From an uncultured Candidatus Rokubacteria bacterium (GTDB lineage Bacteria > Methylomirabilota > Methylomirabilia > Rokubacteriales > DASRDR01), in assembly GCA_963708025.1 (NCBI GenBank), contig CAVPSB010000023.1:64001-128000 (forward strand): a DNA stretch of 64,000 nucleotides. The letters run 5' to 3'. The position numbers were made by a program, and so were the translations under genes. Within the stretch, counting starts at the first letter, position 1. Every line of letters starts with the position of its first letter. Under the pieces are notes generated by a model that saw nothing but the letters and a program-made list of their open reading frames with translations, had not been told where the DNA came from and ran no database searches. Positions 18,369 through 28,615 of this stretch are shown here, piece after piece.

Positions 18369-20465
18369 ATGCCGCTGGCGGTCGTCCTCGTGGTCCTCCT
18401 GCTCCTGACCGCCTCCCCGGGCGCCGCGCTCGCCGCGCCGCGGGACGCGGACGCCGGTCTCGACCGGTACCGGCAGGGCCATGTCCTCCTGGCCGGCGGC
18501 GACCTGGCGCTCGCCCGGGCGCAGTTCGAGAGCGTGCCGGCCGGCTCGCTCCTCGCCGACTACGGGGCATTCTTCGCCGCCGAGAGCCTGCTGCGCGCCG
18601 GCGACGAAGCCGCGGCGCTCGAGCGCTTCCGCGGGGTCGTCGATCGCTTCCCCGACTCGACCCTGGTGCCCTCGGCGATCCTCGCGCTGGCCGACACGTC
18701 GTTCCGGCTCGGCCGGTGGGCCGACGCCGAGCGCGAGGCGCGCCGCTTCCTCAAGCAGGTGCCGAATCATCCGGAGGCCGGTCGCATCCTGGTCCGGCTG
18801 GCTGAGGCGCGAGCCGCGCAGGGCCAAGTGGTGGAGGCGATCGCGGACCTCCGGCGCCGGTGGGTCGAGGCGCCCGCCTCGCCGTGGGGGGAGGTGGCCC
18901 GGGAGGTCGCGGAGGACCTGGCCACGCTCAACGGGTTGAGCGTGGCGCCGCTCGGCCCCGAGGAGCGGTTCCTCCAGGCCCAGCGCTGGATCGACGCCGG
19001 CGACTTCGCCTCCGCCGCGCGGGGGCTCGAGGAGCTGCTGGCGCAGGGACCCGAGACGGCGATTCGCCACCGCGCGCTGGTTCAGCTCGCGCCGGCCCTC
19101 GGGCGACTGGGGCGGGGGCAGGAGGGGATCGCGCTCCTCGAGGCGACGCTCGCCGAGCCGCCCTCCGCCTGGCGGGCGCCGCTCCTGGCCGAGGTGGCGC
19201 GCCTGTACCGGCGGACCGGACAGACCGCGGCTGCGGTACCGGCGCTCGAGCGGCTCGTCGCCGAGCATCCGGATTCCCCGCTGGTCCCGGACACCTGGCT
19301 CGCGCTCGCGCGCGCGCGGCTCGAGCTGGGTCAGGCCGAGGCGGCGCGGTCGGCGTTCCAGACCCTCATCAAGGCCTTCCCGGACAACCCGGCAGCGGCC
19401 TCCGCCCAGTGGGAGCTCGGGTGGCACCACTACCGGGCCGGCCGGTTCCGCGACGCCGCGCTCACCTTCCGGCAGCTCTCGGCGGCCGGGTCCTCGTTCC
19501 GGCTGGCGGGCCTCTACTGGGCGGCGCGGGCAACGGACGCGGCGGGGGACAAGTCGGCGGCCGGCGCGCTCTATCGCGAGATCGTCAGCCGCGCTCCGCA
19601 GACCTACTACGGGATCGTGGCCGCGGGGCGGGTCCGGGGTCCGGCCCCGGCACCGGTCGCGGCACCGATCACCCTCGCCGTCGACCCGATCGCGCCCCTT
19701 GAGCCCGATCGCCACTTCCAGAAGGGCCGGGCACTCTGGCGCCTGGGCTTCGAGGGGCACGCCCTGGTCGAGCTGGAGGCCGTCGGCCGGGAGTCGCCCG
19801 CCAACGCCGACCGCGCGTGGAGTCTCGGCGTCGCCTTCGCCCAGATCGGCGAGGCGGGCCGCAGCCTGCGCTACCTGCGGCGAGCGTTCGGCGGCGCGGC
19901 CGAGGCGGGGGCGCCGGGGCTCACCGACCAGTTCTGGCGGCTCTTCTACCCGTTCGGCCACCCCGAGGTCGTCCGCGAAGCGGCCCGCCGCGCCGGACTC
20001 GACCCGTTCTTCGTGGCCGCGGTCATCCGGGAGGAGTCGTCGTACGACACAAGGGCCCGCTCCTGGGTGGGGGCCATCGGGCTGATGCAGCTCATGCCGG
20101 AGACGGCACGGGTCGTCGCCGCCGACGCCGGCGTTCGCCTCGTCGAGCCGGCCGGGCTCTGGGAGCCGCCGATCAACATCACGCTCGGCGCCCACTACCT
20201 CGCCCAGCTCCGGACCCGGTTCCGCGAGCCGCTCCTCGCCGTCGCCAGTTACAACGCCGGGCCCCACCGCGTCCAGAAGTGGCTCGCCGAGCGCCGCACG
20301 GCCGACCTCGAGGAGTTCGTCAACCAGATTCCCTTCGACGAGACGCGGGGCTTCGTCAAGCGCGTGTTCGCGAGCTGGCACCACTATCGACGCCTGTACG
20401 CGAACCCCCCCGAGCGCACGCCGCGGCGCGGCGAGGCGGAAGCCACCCCCCGCGCCTCTCGCTGA
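18369..20465 (+). CDS. Soluble lytic murein transglycosylase (TPR + SLT)
   Basis: Signal peptide, TPR-like helices, IREES, GLMQLMP, ASYNAG, IPFDETRGFV. Confidence 0.92.
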   Translation: MPLAVVLVVLLLLTASPGAALAAPRDADAGLDRYRQGHVLLAGGDLALARAQFESVPAGSLLADYGAFFAAESLLRAGDEAAALERFRGVVDRFPDSTLVPSAILALADTSFRLGRWADAEREARRFLKQVPNHPEAGRILVRLAEARAAQGQVVEAIADLRRRWVEAPASPWGEVAREVAEDLATLNGLSVAPLGPEERFLQAQRWIDAGDFASAARGLEELLAQGPETAIRHRALVQLAPALGRLGRGQEGIALLEATLAEPPSAWRAPLLAEVARLYRRTGQTAAAVPALERLVAEHPDSPLVPDTWLALARARLELGQAEAARSAFQTLIKAFPDNPAAASAQWELGWHHYRAGRFRDAALTFRQLSAAGSSFRLAGLYWAARATDAAGDKSAAGALYREIVSRAPQTYYGIVAAGRVRGPAPAPVAAPITLAVDPIAPLEPDRHFQKGRALWRLGFEGHALVELEAVGRESPANADRAWSLGVAFAQIGEAGRSLRYLRRAFGGAAEAGAPGLTDQFWRLFYPFGHPEVVREAARRAGLDPFFVAAVIREESSYDTRARSWVGAIGLMQLMPETARVVAADAGVRLVEPAGLWEPPINITLGAHYLAQLRTRFREPLLAVASYNAGPHRVQKWLAERRTADLEEFVNQIPFDETRGFVKRVFASWHHYRRLYANPPERTPRRGEAEATPRASR

Positions 20466-20507
20466 GCGGCCGGCAACCAGTCGCCGGTGATGCGGAAGCG
20501 ACGGGAA

Positions 20508-20620
20508 GGCCGGAGGGGGGGCCCGAGCTGCCGGAGGGACGCGGCGTCCCGAGGGCCGCAGGCCCGAGGCGCCGTGGCGATCCGGATGGAGCGCGCAGCT
20601 CCCCCCCGGCCCGACTGAGC
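20508..20620 (+). repeat. Structured intergenic repeat with GGGCCGCAGGCCC core
   Basis: Core shared with 455-513; 3' part GCGCAGCTCCCC..GGCCCGACTGAGCG shared with about 50999-51025. Confidence 0.7.
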
Positions 20621-20642
20621 GGCCGGTGGCGTTGCCCGGCGC

Positions 20643-21101
20643 ATGGCGGTCCCGGTGGTCATCGACGGCTACAACCTGCTCTACGCGCGCGGGGAAGCGC
20701 CGTCGGCGGCCGGCCGGGAGCGGCTGGTCCGCGACCTGGTGCGCTGGGCCGAGCGCCGCGGCCGGCGCGCGGTCCTGGTGTTCGACGCCTGGGCCCAGGG
20801 CGCGCGGGTCGAGCACGAGGAGGCGCGGGGTCCGGTGACGGTGTGCTTCACGCGGTACGGCGAGCGGGCCGACGCGTGGATCGTCCGTCGGGTGGCGGAG
20901 AGGCCGGAGGCCGTGGTCGTCACCTCGGACCGGGCCGTCGGCCAGGCGGCCCGGCGCCGGGGGGCGGCCGTCATCGGCGCCGAGGCTTTCCTCGCTCGAC
21001 TGGAGGCGGCGCTGAGGCCGGACGCCGAGGACGAGAGCGCGGAGCCGGCACCGCCCGGACGCCGCCTGGGACGCCAGGCGAGCTGGCTGCGCGGCCTGTG
21101 A
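20643..21101 (+). CDS. YacP-like NYN domain RNase
   Basis: VIDGYNLL, LVFD, ADAWI, VVTSD. Confidence 0.9.
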   Translation: MAVPVVIDGYNLLYARGEAPSAAGRERLVRDLVRWAERRGRRAVLVFDAWAQGARVEHEEARGPVTVCFTRYGERADAWIVRRVAERPEAVVVTSDRAVGQAARRRGAAVIGAEAFLARLEAALRPDAEDESAEPAPPGRRLGRQASWLRGL

Positions 21102-21128
21102 GGGTGCGCGCGGGGTGGATGTGAGAGC

Positions 21129-22265
21129 GTGCGAACGAATTTGTCCTCCGACTCCCCCCTCCCCCCGGTGGGTGGGGGAGGGGGGTTGGGGGGGTGGGCG
21201 GGAGGTCCCGAACTGAAGCAATCGATTCCGGCGGCTTCCGGGTGGGTGGGAGGTCTCGAGCTGACCGCGGCGCTCGCCCTCGTCGTCGGGCTCGCGCTGG
21301 CGCCGGCGGGGGCGGCCGCGCCGCGGGTCTCGACCCCGCGCCTCGACCCCAGCACCGCCCAGGACGTCCCGACCGCGGTCGCCCGGGTCAGCCCGGCCGT
21401 GGTGGCGATCCGGGCCCAGGTCCCGCCCGACCGGCCCTCGGCGTCCACCCTCGGTCCCGATCGGGCGGGCTCGGGTGTCGTCATCGACGCCGACGGTCTC
21501 GTGCTCACCGTCGGCTACCTCGTCCTCGAGGCGACCTCCGTCGAGGTGACGCTGGCTGATGGGCGGAGGCTGGCGGCGCGCGTGGTCGGGCACGACTTCG
21601 AGAGCGGGCTCGGCCTCCTTCGCCTGCCGGCGGGCGGCCAGTATCGGGCCGCCGTCCTGGGGCGCTCCGATCCGGTGGCGCCCGGCCAGCCAGTCTCGGT
21701 GGTGGGCATGGACGAGGACCGCCGGCCGCTCGGCATCCCGGCCACGGTCACGGGAGCCCGGCGCTTCGTCGCCTACTGGGAGTACATGCTGGAGCGCGCC
21801 CTCTTCGTGGCGCCGCGCCACCCGGCCTTCGGCGGGGCCGCGCTCGTGGATCCGGACGGCGCCCTGCTGGGCATCGTGTCGCTGCGCCTGGAGCGCGAGA
21901 ACCTCGCGATCCCCATCGACCTCTTCCCGCCGGTCCGCGAGGCTTTGCTGGCCCAGGGACGTCCGTCCCGGCCGCCGCGGCCGTGGCTCGGGGTGCGGGC
22001 GGTGGCGGTGGACGGCGGCGTCGCGATCGCCGGGGCGTCACCCACCGGTCCGGCGCACGCCGCCGGGCTCAAAGACGGGGACGTCATCGTCCGCGTGAAC
22101 GGTGACCGGGTCGCCGACCTCGAGGATTTCTACCGCAAGCTCTGGCGCACCCCCGCCGGGAGCCGGATCGAGCTGACGGTCTACCGGAACGGGCGCCTCG
22201 ACACGATCGCGCTGCGCTCGACGGATCGGTACTCCGTCTTCCGGTTCCGCCACCCCGCCCCGTGA
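21129..22265 (+). CDS. S1C (HtrA-like) protease-fold plus PDZ protein, apparently lacking catalytic His and Ser; start uncertain
   Basis: GSGVVIDADGLVLTVGYLV, PAFGGAAL, PWLGV..GLKDGDVI PDZ. Confidence 0.85.
   Translation: MRTNLSSDSPLPPVGGGGGLGGWAGGPELKQSIPAASGWVGGLELTAALALVVGLALAPAGAAAPRVSTPRLDPSTAQDVPTAVARVSPAVVAIRAQVPPDRPSASTLGPDRAGSGVVIDADGLVLTVGYLVLEATSVEVTLADGRRLAARVVGHDFESGLGLLRLPAGGQYRAAVLGRSDPVAPGQPVSVVGMDEDRRPLGIPATVTGARRFVAYWEYMLERALFVAPRHPAFGGAALVDPDGALLGIVSLRLERENLAIPIDLFPPVREALLAQGRPSRPPRPWLGVRAVAVDGGVAIAGASPTGPAHAAGLKDGDVIVRVNGDRVADLEDFYRKLWRTPAGSRIELTVYRNGRLDTIALRSTDRYSVFRFRHPAP
21145..21210 (+). repeat. G/C-tract REP-like repeat, copy 4
   Basis: Same unit; lies in frame within the 5' part of ORF 21129-22265. 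Confidence 0.85.
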
Positions 22266-23296
22266 CCCGCGTCGAGGCCGGGCCTGCTCAACGGCACCAC
22301 GATCGCGCTCCACTTCGTCGAGGACAAGTTCGCGCGGTGGCCGAGTCATGCCTTCGCCGCGTCGATCTTTGGCCTGGCGACCGCGCAGGGGAGCCACCCG
22401 GGCCGCGCGCTCACCACCAGCCTCGTCCTCCCGCTGGCCGCCGCGGCGGCGACCTGGTGGGCCGGCGGGGCCCTCTTCCGTCGGGTCATCTGGCGCGCCT
22501 CCGAGGGCGTGCTCCTCGCCCGGCCGGAAGGCTCGGCGACGCCGCCCCGCGGCTGGCCGGCCTTCCCCGTGCTCCTGCGCGGCCCGGTGGGCGCCCTCCT
22601 GGAGAAGGAGCTGGTGACGGTGGCCCGGAGTCCGCAGGAGCTGGGGCGCGGCGGGTTCTTCGCCTTCCTGCTGGTCGTCTACACGCTGCTCCTCCTCGGC
22701 GTGCCCGTCCCCGACCGGGCGGGGACCGAGGACGTGACGGCCCAGCTCGTCGCCTTCTCGCTCCTGGCCACCGGGTACTTCCTCACGACGGTGGCGCTGC
22801 GCTTCGTCTTCCCGGCGCTCTCGCTGGAGGGCCGGAGCGCCTGGATCCTCTTCGCGAGCCCGGTGCCCCTGGTTCCGCTCTTCTGGGCGCGCCTGGCTGT
22901 GTACGCGACGCTCGGCTTCCTGGGGCTCGGGGGCATCGCGCTGGCCGGCGGGGTGCGGCTCGGGCTGTCCGCGGCCGGCCTGGCCTGCCTGGCCGGGCTC
23001 CTCGGCCTCATGAGCCTCACCATCATGACCGTGGCGCTCGCCCTCGGCGTCTGCTGGCCTGATTTCCGGGGCCGGAGCGCGGAAACGCTCGCCACGAGCG
23101 CCGACGGGCTCCTCACGAGCGCGCTCTGCCTGGGGTACGTGGCGGCTGCGGCTGGCTCGGCTTGGCCCTCCTGACCGGCGCCCCGCCGTCGCGCCTAGCC
23201 GGGCCGCTGGCCGCGGTGGCGCTCGTGTCGGCGGCGGTCGCGGCCGGACCGCTCTGGCTCGCGCGCCACCGTCGGCCGGGCTTCGAGGTGCGGTAG
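22262..23296 (+). pseudogene. Putative ABC-exporter permease, N-terminal part missing and frameshifted near 23150
   Basis: LLEKELVTVARSP..RFVFPALSLEGRSAWIL..FPDF-like motifs; hydrophobic frame continues in another frame to TAG 23296. Confidence 0.6.
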
Positions 23297-23305
23297 TGCT
23301 GACGA

Positions 23306-25530
23306 TGCGGTCGCCGTCCACGGCCGAGGTCCGCCACGAGCTCGTCCTGGTGGGCGGCGGCCATGCCCACATCCAGGTCCTCAGCCGCTGGGCCATGGCC
23401 CCGGTGCCCGGTGTCCATCTCACCGTCGTCGTCAACCATCCCATCGCCGTCTATTCCGGCATGGTCCCCGGCTTCGTGGCCGGCCAGTACGAGGCCCAGG
23501 ACCTCGAGATCGACGTGCGACCGCTGGCCATGCGCGCGGGGGCACGCTGCATATCATCCCGGGCCAGCGGTCTCGACACCGGCGACCACCGGCTCCGCCT
23601 CGACGGCCGGCCGCCGGTGGCCTACGACACCATTTCCTTCGATGTGGGATCGACGGTGGCCGGGCGCGACCTGCCCGGCGTGCGCGAGCACGCGCTGGCC
23701 ACCCGTCCTATCGGGGAGTTCGTCTGGCGCGCCGGCGCGCTGGTCGACCGGGCCCGCGGCCGCGATCGCTTCGACGTCGTGGTGGTCGGAGCGGGAGCGG
23801 GCGGCGTCGAGGTGGCCTTCGCTCTCCGGGTGCGGCTGCGGCGCGAGGGTGTCAAGGAGGTGCGGGTGTGGCTGCTCGAATCGGCTCCGCGACTCCTCCC
23901 CGGCTACCCGGCGGCGACGGCGGCGCGCGTGGCCGAGGCGGCCCAGGCGCGCGGCGTGACCCTTCGCCCCGGACAGGCCGTCGAGCGGGTCGAGGCCGAC
24001 GCGGTGGTCCTCGCCGGCGGCGAGCGCCTGTCCTGCGACGCCGTGCTCTGGGTGGCCGGGGGGGCCAGCCTGCCCCTCTTCGCGGGCTCCGGACTCTCAC
24101 TCGACGAGCGCGGCTTCGTCCGCGTCGGCCCGACCCTCCAAGCGATCGGGCACGAGGCCGTCTTCGCCGTCGGCGACTGCGCGGCCTGGGAGGCCGGCCC
24201 GCCGCTGCCCAAGGCCGGCGTCTACGCCGTTCGCCAGGGCCCGGTGCTGGCCGAGAACTTGCGCGCGCGCGTCGGAGGCGGGCGGCTCCGGCCCTACCGT
24301 CCCCAGCGCGACTTCCTCTCGCTCCTGAACCTCTGCGACGGCACCGCCATCGCCACCAAGTGGGGCCTCGCCGCCGAGGGAGCCTGGGCTTTCCGGCTCA
24401 AGGACTGGATCGATCGTCGCTTCATGCGCCGCTTCCAGGTCCTCGACGGTGACGGCGATCTCGCGCCGGACTTCCGTCGCCGGGCGATGCCGATGGCCGA
24501 GATGGTCTGCGGCGGCTGCGCGGCCAAGGTCGGCGAATCGGCGCTCCACCGGGCCCTGGAGCGGCTGGGCGCGGCCAGCGATCCCGCGGTGGTGCTGGGC
24601 CTGACCGTCCCCGACGACGCTGCCGCCGTGGAGACCGAGCGGGGCGAGATCGTCGCGGCCACCATCGACGGCTTCCGGGCCTTCGCCGACGATCCGTACC
24701 TGGTGGGCCGCGTCTCCGCCGTCAACGCCGCCAGCGACCTCTGGGCCAAGGGGGTGACCCCGCGCTTCGCCCTCGCCCAGGTCAACGTCCCCCACGCCGA
24801 TGCCGCCCGCGCCGAAGAGACGCTCTACCAGGTGATGGCCGGCGCCCGCGCCGCCCTCGACGCCGACGGGATCACGCTGGTGGGCGGCCACACCACCACC
24901 GGGCCCGAGCTGACAGTGGGCTTCGCGATTTTCGGCGTCGCCGCCTCGACCGACGCGCTCATCCGTCTGGGCGGGCTCACTCCGGGCGATCGCCTGATCC
25001 TGACCAAGGCCCTGGGGACCGGCGTCCTCCTCCAGGCCGACATGCGGGGGCTGGCGCGGGGTGAATGGATGCAGGCCGTCCACGCCTCGATGCTCCGATC
25101 CAACGCCGTGGCCTCCCGGGTGGCGCGTGCGGTCGGGGCCTCGGCGGCCACCGACGTCACCGGCTTCGGCCTGGCCGGGCACCTGGGCCAGATGCTGCGG
25201 GCGAGCAAGGCCGCGGCCGTCGTCGATCTCGAGGCCCTGCCGCTCTTGCCCGGGGCCGCGTCGCTGCTCGCCCGCGACGTGCGGAGCACCGCCCATCCGG
25301 AGAACGCTCGGACCCGGCGGGCCATCCTGGTGGAGCCCGGGGCCGCGTCACGACCCGAACTCGACATCCTGTTCGATCCGCAGACCTCGGGGGGCCTGCT
25401 CCTCGGGGTGGTCGCCGAGCGCGCCGAGGCCGCGGTGGCCGCGCTCCGCGAGGGTGGCGACCTCGCCGCCGCGGTCATCGGCGAGGTCACCCCGCCGCGC
25501 CTCGACGGCGCGTTGTTCGAGGTGCGGTAG
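23306..25530 (+). CDS. selD: Selenide,water dikinase fused to an N-terminal FAD-dependent NADH-dehydrogenase-like domain
   Basis: LVGGGHAH, GAGAGGVE, AVGDCA; then CGGCAAK, DDAA, GGHT, LTKALGTG, TDVTGFGLAGH, DPQTSGGLL. Confidence 0.9.
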
Positions 25531-25531
25531 A

Positions 25532-27355
25532 TCAGGCCAGCCAGAGGCGCTTGACGGCGAGGCCGAGGCGGCGCGTGTCCTGGGAGCCAGGGATCACGTC
25601 GCGCGGGACGCGCGGGGCGCCGATTCCGAGGGTGAGGCGCACGCGGCCGGGGCCGGTCGGGATCGGCGCGGAGAGCTCGGCCCACGTGTCGGCGGCCAGG
25701 TCGAAGGCCACCTCGCCGGCCGGGGCGAAGGCGGCGTCGGGCGGCGCGTGCTCCACGACGAGCCGGCCCCCGACCGAACCGAGCTTGGCCTCCCCGCTGT
25801 AGGCGCGGACGAAGACCGCCCGGGCGTCGCCGGGACTGGCCAGATAGGCCACCGCCGCGGGCCCGCTCCAGCGCATCGGGCCGATCGTCCCCCAGTCCTC
25901 CCGGTGGTACCAGCCGGGGCCGAGCTGAGCGTCGTCTCCGGGCCCGACGTCGATCGCGGCCGCCGTTACCCGGTGCGGCACGTACAGGCTCTCCGCCGCG
26001 TGCCACCAGCCGTAGTCGAAGGACTCCTCGGCCTGGCGGTCGGTGGCGGTGCGCGCGATCGCCGCCTCGACCGCCGCCGGCGTGGCCAGCCGCTCGGCCA
26101 GCACCCACTGGCCGCCCACCTGGAGGCCGCCCTCCCGGCCGGTCGCCGCGTCGCGCCACGTCGTCGTCTCCAGGCCGACGCGCACGGCGCCGCGGCCGGC
26201 CAGCGCCGGCGGCACCAGCAGGCGGACGCGCACCGGCCGGAGCGCCGGTCGCAGCTCGAGGGTCATCGTCCGGTGCCCGTCGAGCGTCCAGTGGCTCCAC
26301 GCGGGGGGCGCGTCGTCGGGGACGAGGTGGGCCGCCATCAGGGAGAGCAACACCGGGCCCTCGCCGGGCGGGAGCGGCACCTCGAAGGCGGCCCGGGGGC
26401 CGGTCAGGCGGAACGGGAAGGTCAGCCGCCGCGTGAAGCCCTGGATCGGCTGCTCGTCCTCCTGGAGCGGGCCGAACCCCTCGAGTCCGCGGAGCGCCCC
26501 CCACTCGATCAGGGCGGCGTCGCTGCGGACCGCCCGGGCCATGAGCTGGGCCCGCGTTCGGGGGAACCATCGCCGGAGCTGGCGGGCGGCCCACCGCTCC
26601 AGCCCGGTCACCCGCTGGCCGGTGATGGTCGGGATCTCGTGGTCGTCGTCCAGGCAGTCCGAGTAATGCATCGCCTCCAGCCGGAAGTCGTAGAGGTCCT
26701 TGCCCTGCCGGGCGAGGTAGTAGGCGACCTCGCTGCCCGTGTACTCGCGGTTGTGGCGATGGTAGAGAAGCGAGGGGAAGAGGGCGTAGAACGGCCGGCT
26801 CACCGGGGGCTGGGCGCCCCAGTCGTGAAGGTACCGGAAGAGCGTCTCGGCACGGCGGAGGTTCGGCGTCGTGAGGATCAGGAGCCCTCCGGGCCGAAGG
26901 ACGCGGAAGATCTCCTTGAGCGTGTGGAAGGGGTTCCAGTAGAGGTGCTCGAACAGCTCGCAGAAGAGGACGGCGTCGTAGGCGGCGGTCGGGAGCGGAA
27001 AGGCCTCGCGCTCGACGTCGCAGCCGACGATCTCGATCTTCCGCTCGCGGCAGCGCTCGAGGAACACCTCCCACGGCGCCGCCCCCTCGATGTCGTTGTT
27101 GAGCCCGGTGACCTCCCAGCCCCGCGCCCGGGCCAGGGCCGAGAGGTGGCCCGGGAAGGAGCCGACGTCGAGCAGGCGGCGCCCGTGACCCTCGGGCAGG
27201 AGGCGGAGCGTGTCCCGATAGCGGCGCCGGTGATACTCGAGGTATCCGGCCTCCCAGGGCGCGAGGCTCCCCCGCGCGAAGGCCTCTACCTCGCGGCTGA
27301 TGGATCCGAGGTCGAGGGCCGGGTGCGCGTCCGGCGCCGGCGGCCAGAGGGTCAT
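25532..27355 (-). CDS. Class I SAM-dependent methyltransferase with long C-terminal extension
   Basis: LLDVGSFPG, ELFEHL, VLRPGGLLILTTPN; C-terminal GW..RWS-type beta domains. Confidence 0.8.
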   Translation of the reverse strand: MTLWPPAPDAHPALDLGSISREVEAFARGSLAPWEAGYLEYHRRRYRDTLRLLPEGHGRRLLDVGSFPGHLSALARARGWEVTGLNNDIEGAAPWEVFLERCRERKIEIVGCDVEREAFPLPTAAYDAVLFCELFEHLYWNPFHTLKEIFRVLRPGGLLILTTPNLRRAETLFRYLHDWGAQPPVSRPFYALFPSLLYHRHNREYTGSEVAYYLARQGKDLYDFRLEAMHYSDCLDDDHEIPTITGQRVTGLERWAARQLRRWFPRTRAQLMARAVRSDAALIEWGALRGLEGFGPLQEDEQPIQGFTRRLTFPFRLTGPRAAFEVPLPPGEGPVLLSLMAAHLVPDDAPPAWSHWTLDGHRTMTLELRPALRPVRVRLLVPPALAGRGAVRVGLETTTWRDAATGREGGLQVGGQWVLAERLATPAAVEAAIARTATDRQAEESFDYGWWHAAESLYVPHRVTAAAIDVGPGDDAQLGPGWYHREDWGTIGPMRWSGPAAVAYLASPGDARAVFVRAYSGEAKLGSVGGRLVVEHAPPDAAFAPAGEVAFDLAADTWAELSAPIPTGPGRVRLTLGIGAPRVPRDVIPGSQDTRRLGLAVKRLWLA

Positions 27356-27365
27356 GCCGGGTGGG

Positions 27366-28064
27366 TCAGGGCAGGTCGAGGAGGAGCATCTCGGCGGCCC
27401 GCTCGGCCTTCACGGTGAAAGCGGGCTCGCCTTCCAGGCGGGCGGAATCGCCCGGGTCGAGGGCAACGTCCCCCACCCGGGCCGCGCCGCCGATGACGAA
27501 GAGATAGGCGCGACGGCCGGGGTCGAGCGGGTGGGTGAGCGCCTCGGCGGAGCCCAGCTTGACCCGGTAGACGGTGGCGGCCTGCCCGATCGGCAGGGCG
27601 CCCGGGTGGTCTTCCCCCGACGCCAGCGCCATCACCGGACCGCCGCCGGTGCCGTGGGGGAAGGCCCGCTGGGCCCACCGCGGCGGGACGCCCCGCTGCT
27701 CGGGGGTGATCCAGATCTGGAGCAGGTGGAGCGGGACGGTCAGCGACGGGTTCCGCTCCGCGTGCACGATCCCGGTGCCGGCCGACATCACCTGGACATC
27801 GCCGGCCTCGAGGACCCCGCGATTGCCCTGGTTGTCCTCGTGCTCGAGCGTTCCCGACAGCACCACGGTGACGATCTCCATGTCGCGATGCGGGTGCATC
27901 GGGAACCCGCTCCGCGGGCGGATCGTGTCGTCGTTGAAGACCCGGAGCGCGCCGAAGTGGGTGCGGGCGGGGTCGTAGTAGTGATCGAAGGAGAAGTGCC
28001 AGAACGCCGACAGCCAGTCGTTCTTGACGTGATACCGCTGGCTCTGGCGGTCGATCTGCACCAT
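27366..28064 (-). CDS. Pirin family protein
   Basis: HFSFDHYYDP, GFPMHPHRDMEIVT, MSAGTGIVHAE, LLQIW; AAGGAGG SD. Confidence 0.95.
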   Translation of the reverse strand: MVQIDRQSQRYHVKNDWLSAFWHFSFDHYYDPARTHFGALRVFNDDTIRPRSGFPMHPHRDMEIVTVVLSGTLEHEDNQGNRGVLEAGDVQVMSAGTGIVHAERNPSLTVPLHLLQIWITPEQRGVPPRWAQRAFPHGTGGGPVMALASGEDHPGALPIGQAATVYRVKLGSAEALTHPLDPGRRAYLFVIGGAARVGDVALDPGDSARLEGEPAFTVKAERAAEMLLLDLP

Positions 28065-28093
28065 GGATCCTCCTTGGGCCGACGGCGAGAGGA

Positions 28094-28477
28094 TCAGGGC
28101 GTTCGGACGGCCGAATTGACGATCGTGCCCTCGCGGTTGACCCAGAAGAGGTAGGAGCGCACGTAGACCTTCGGCGTGTGGTAGGCCTCGACCGCCATGT
28201 CGTGGGCGGCCTGGTAGGTGGTGCCGCCACGGGGCTTGGACGGGTCCTGATTGTCGAAGCCGCTCTTGGCCGTTCGCTGCTCGACTTCCTCGTAGACGAG
28301 GATCCGCAGCTCGCCGTCCGGCACCTCCCGGGTCGCCGGGCCCCAGTCCTTCTGCAGGGCGGCCGCCGGCCGGCCGACCCACCGCTTCAGGGCTTCTGGC
28401 GGGAGCCCGCTGCTGGCGCATCCAGCGACCAGCCCTAGGGCCAGGACGAGCCGGAGAATCCCGCGGGGTGCCGGCAT
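28094..28477 (-). CDS. Hypothetical lipoprotein
   Basis: Lipobox LVAGC; WVGRP..WGPA. Confidence 0.75.
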   Translation of the reverse strand: MPAPRGILRLVLALGLVAGCASSGLPPEALKRWVGRPAAALQKDWGPATREVPDGELRILVYEEVEQRTAKSGFDNQDPSKPRGGTTYQAAHDMAVEAYHTPKVYVRSYLFWVNREGTIVNSAVRTP

Positions 28478-28615
28478 GGCGGTTCCATGCTACACCAGAT
28501 CGAGACCCGGCGGCTCGACCTGACGCGGCAGCCCCGATCGCGGGGACGCCCGCGTATCATGGGCCGAGGTCTCCCGGCGGCGAGCCCGGCCCGGGGGTCG
28601 TGGTGGAGGGCAAGG

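Noticed and set aside
18324-21821. Very long antisense or alternative-frame ORFs (also 51789-54593, 41835-44261, 15416-18121, 59916-62078)
   Set aside because: Shadow ORFs typical of very high GC DNA; Arg/Gly/Pro-rich, motif-free and overlapping well-supported genes
24500-24530. Selenocysteine in SelD
   Set aside because: The active-site motif is encoded TGC-GGC-GGC-TGC (Cys); there is no in-frame TGA
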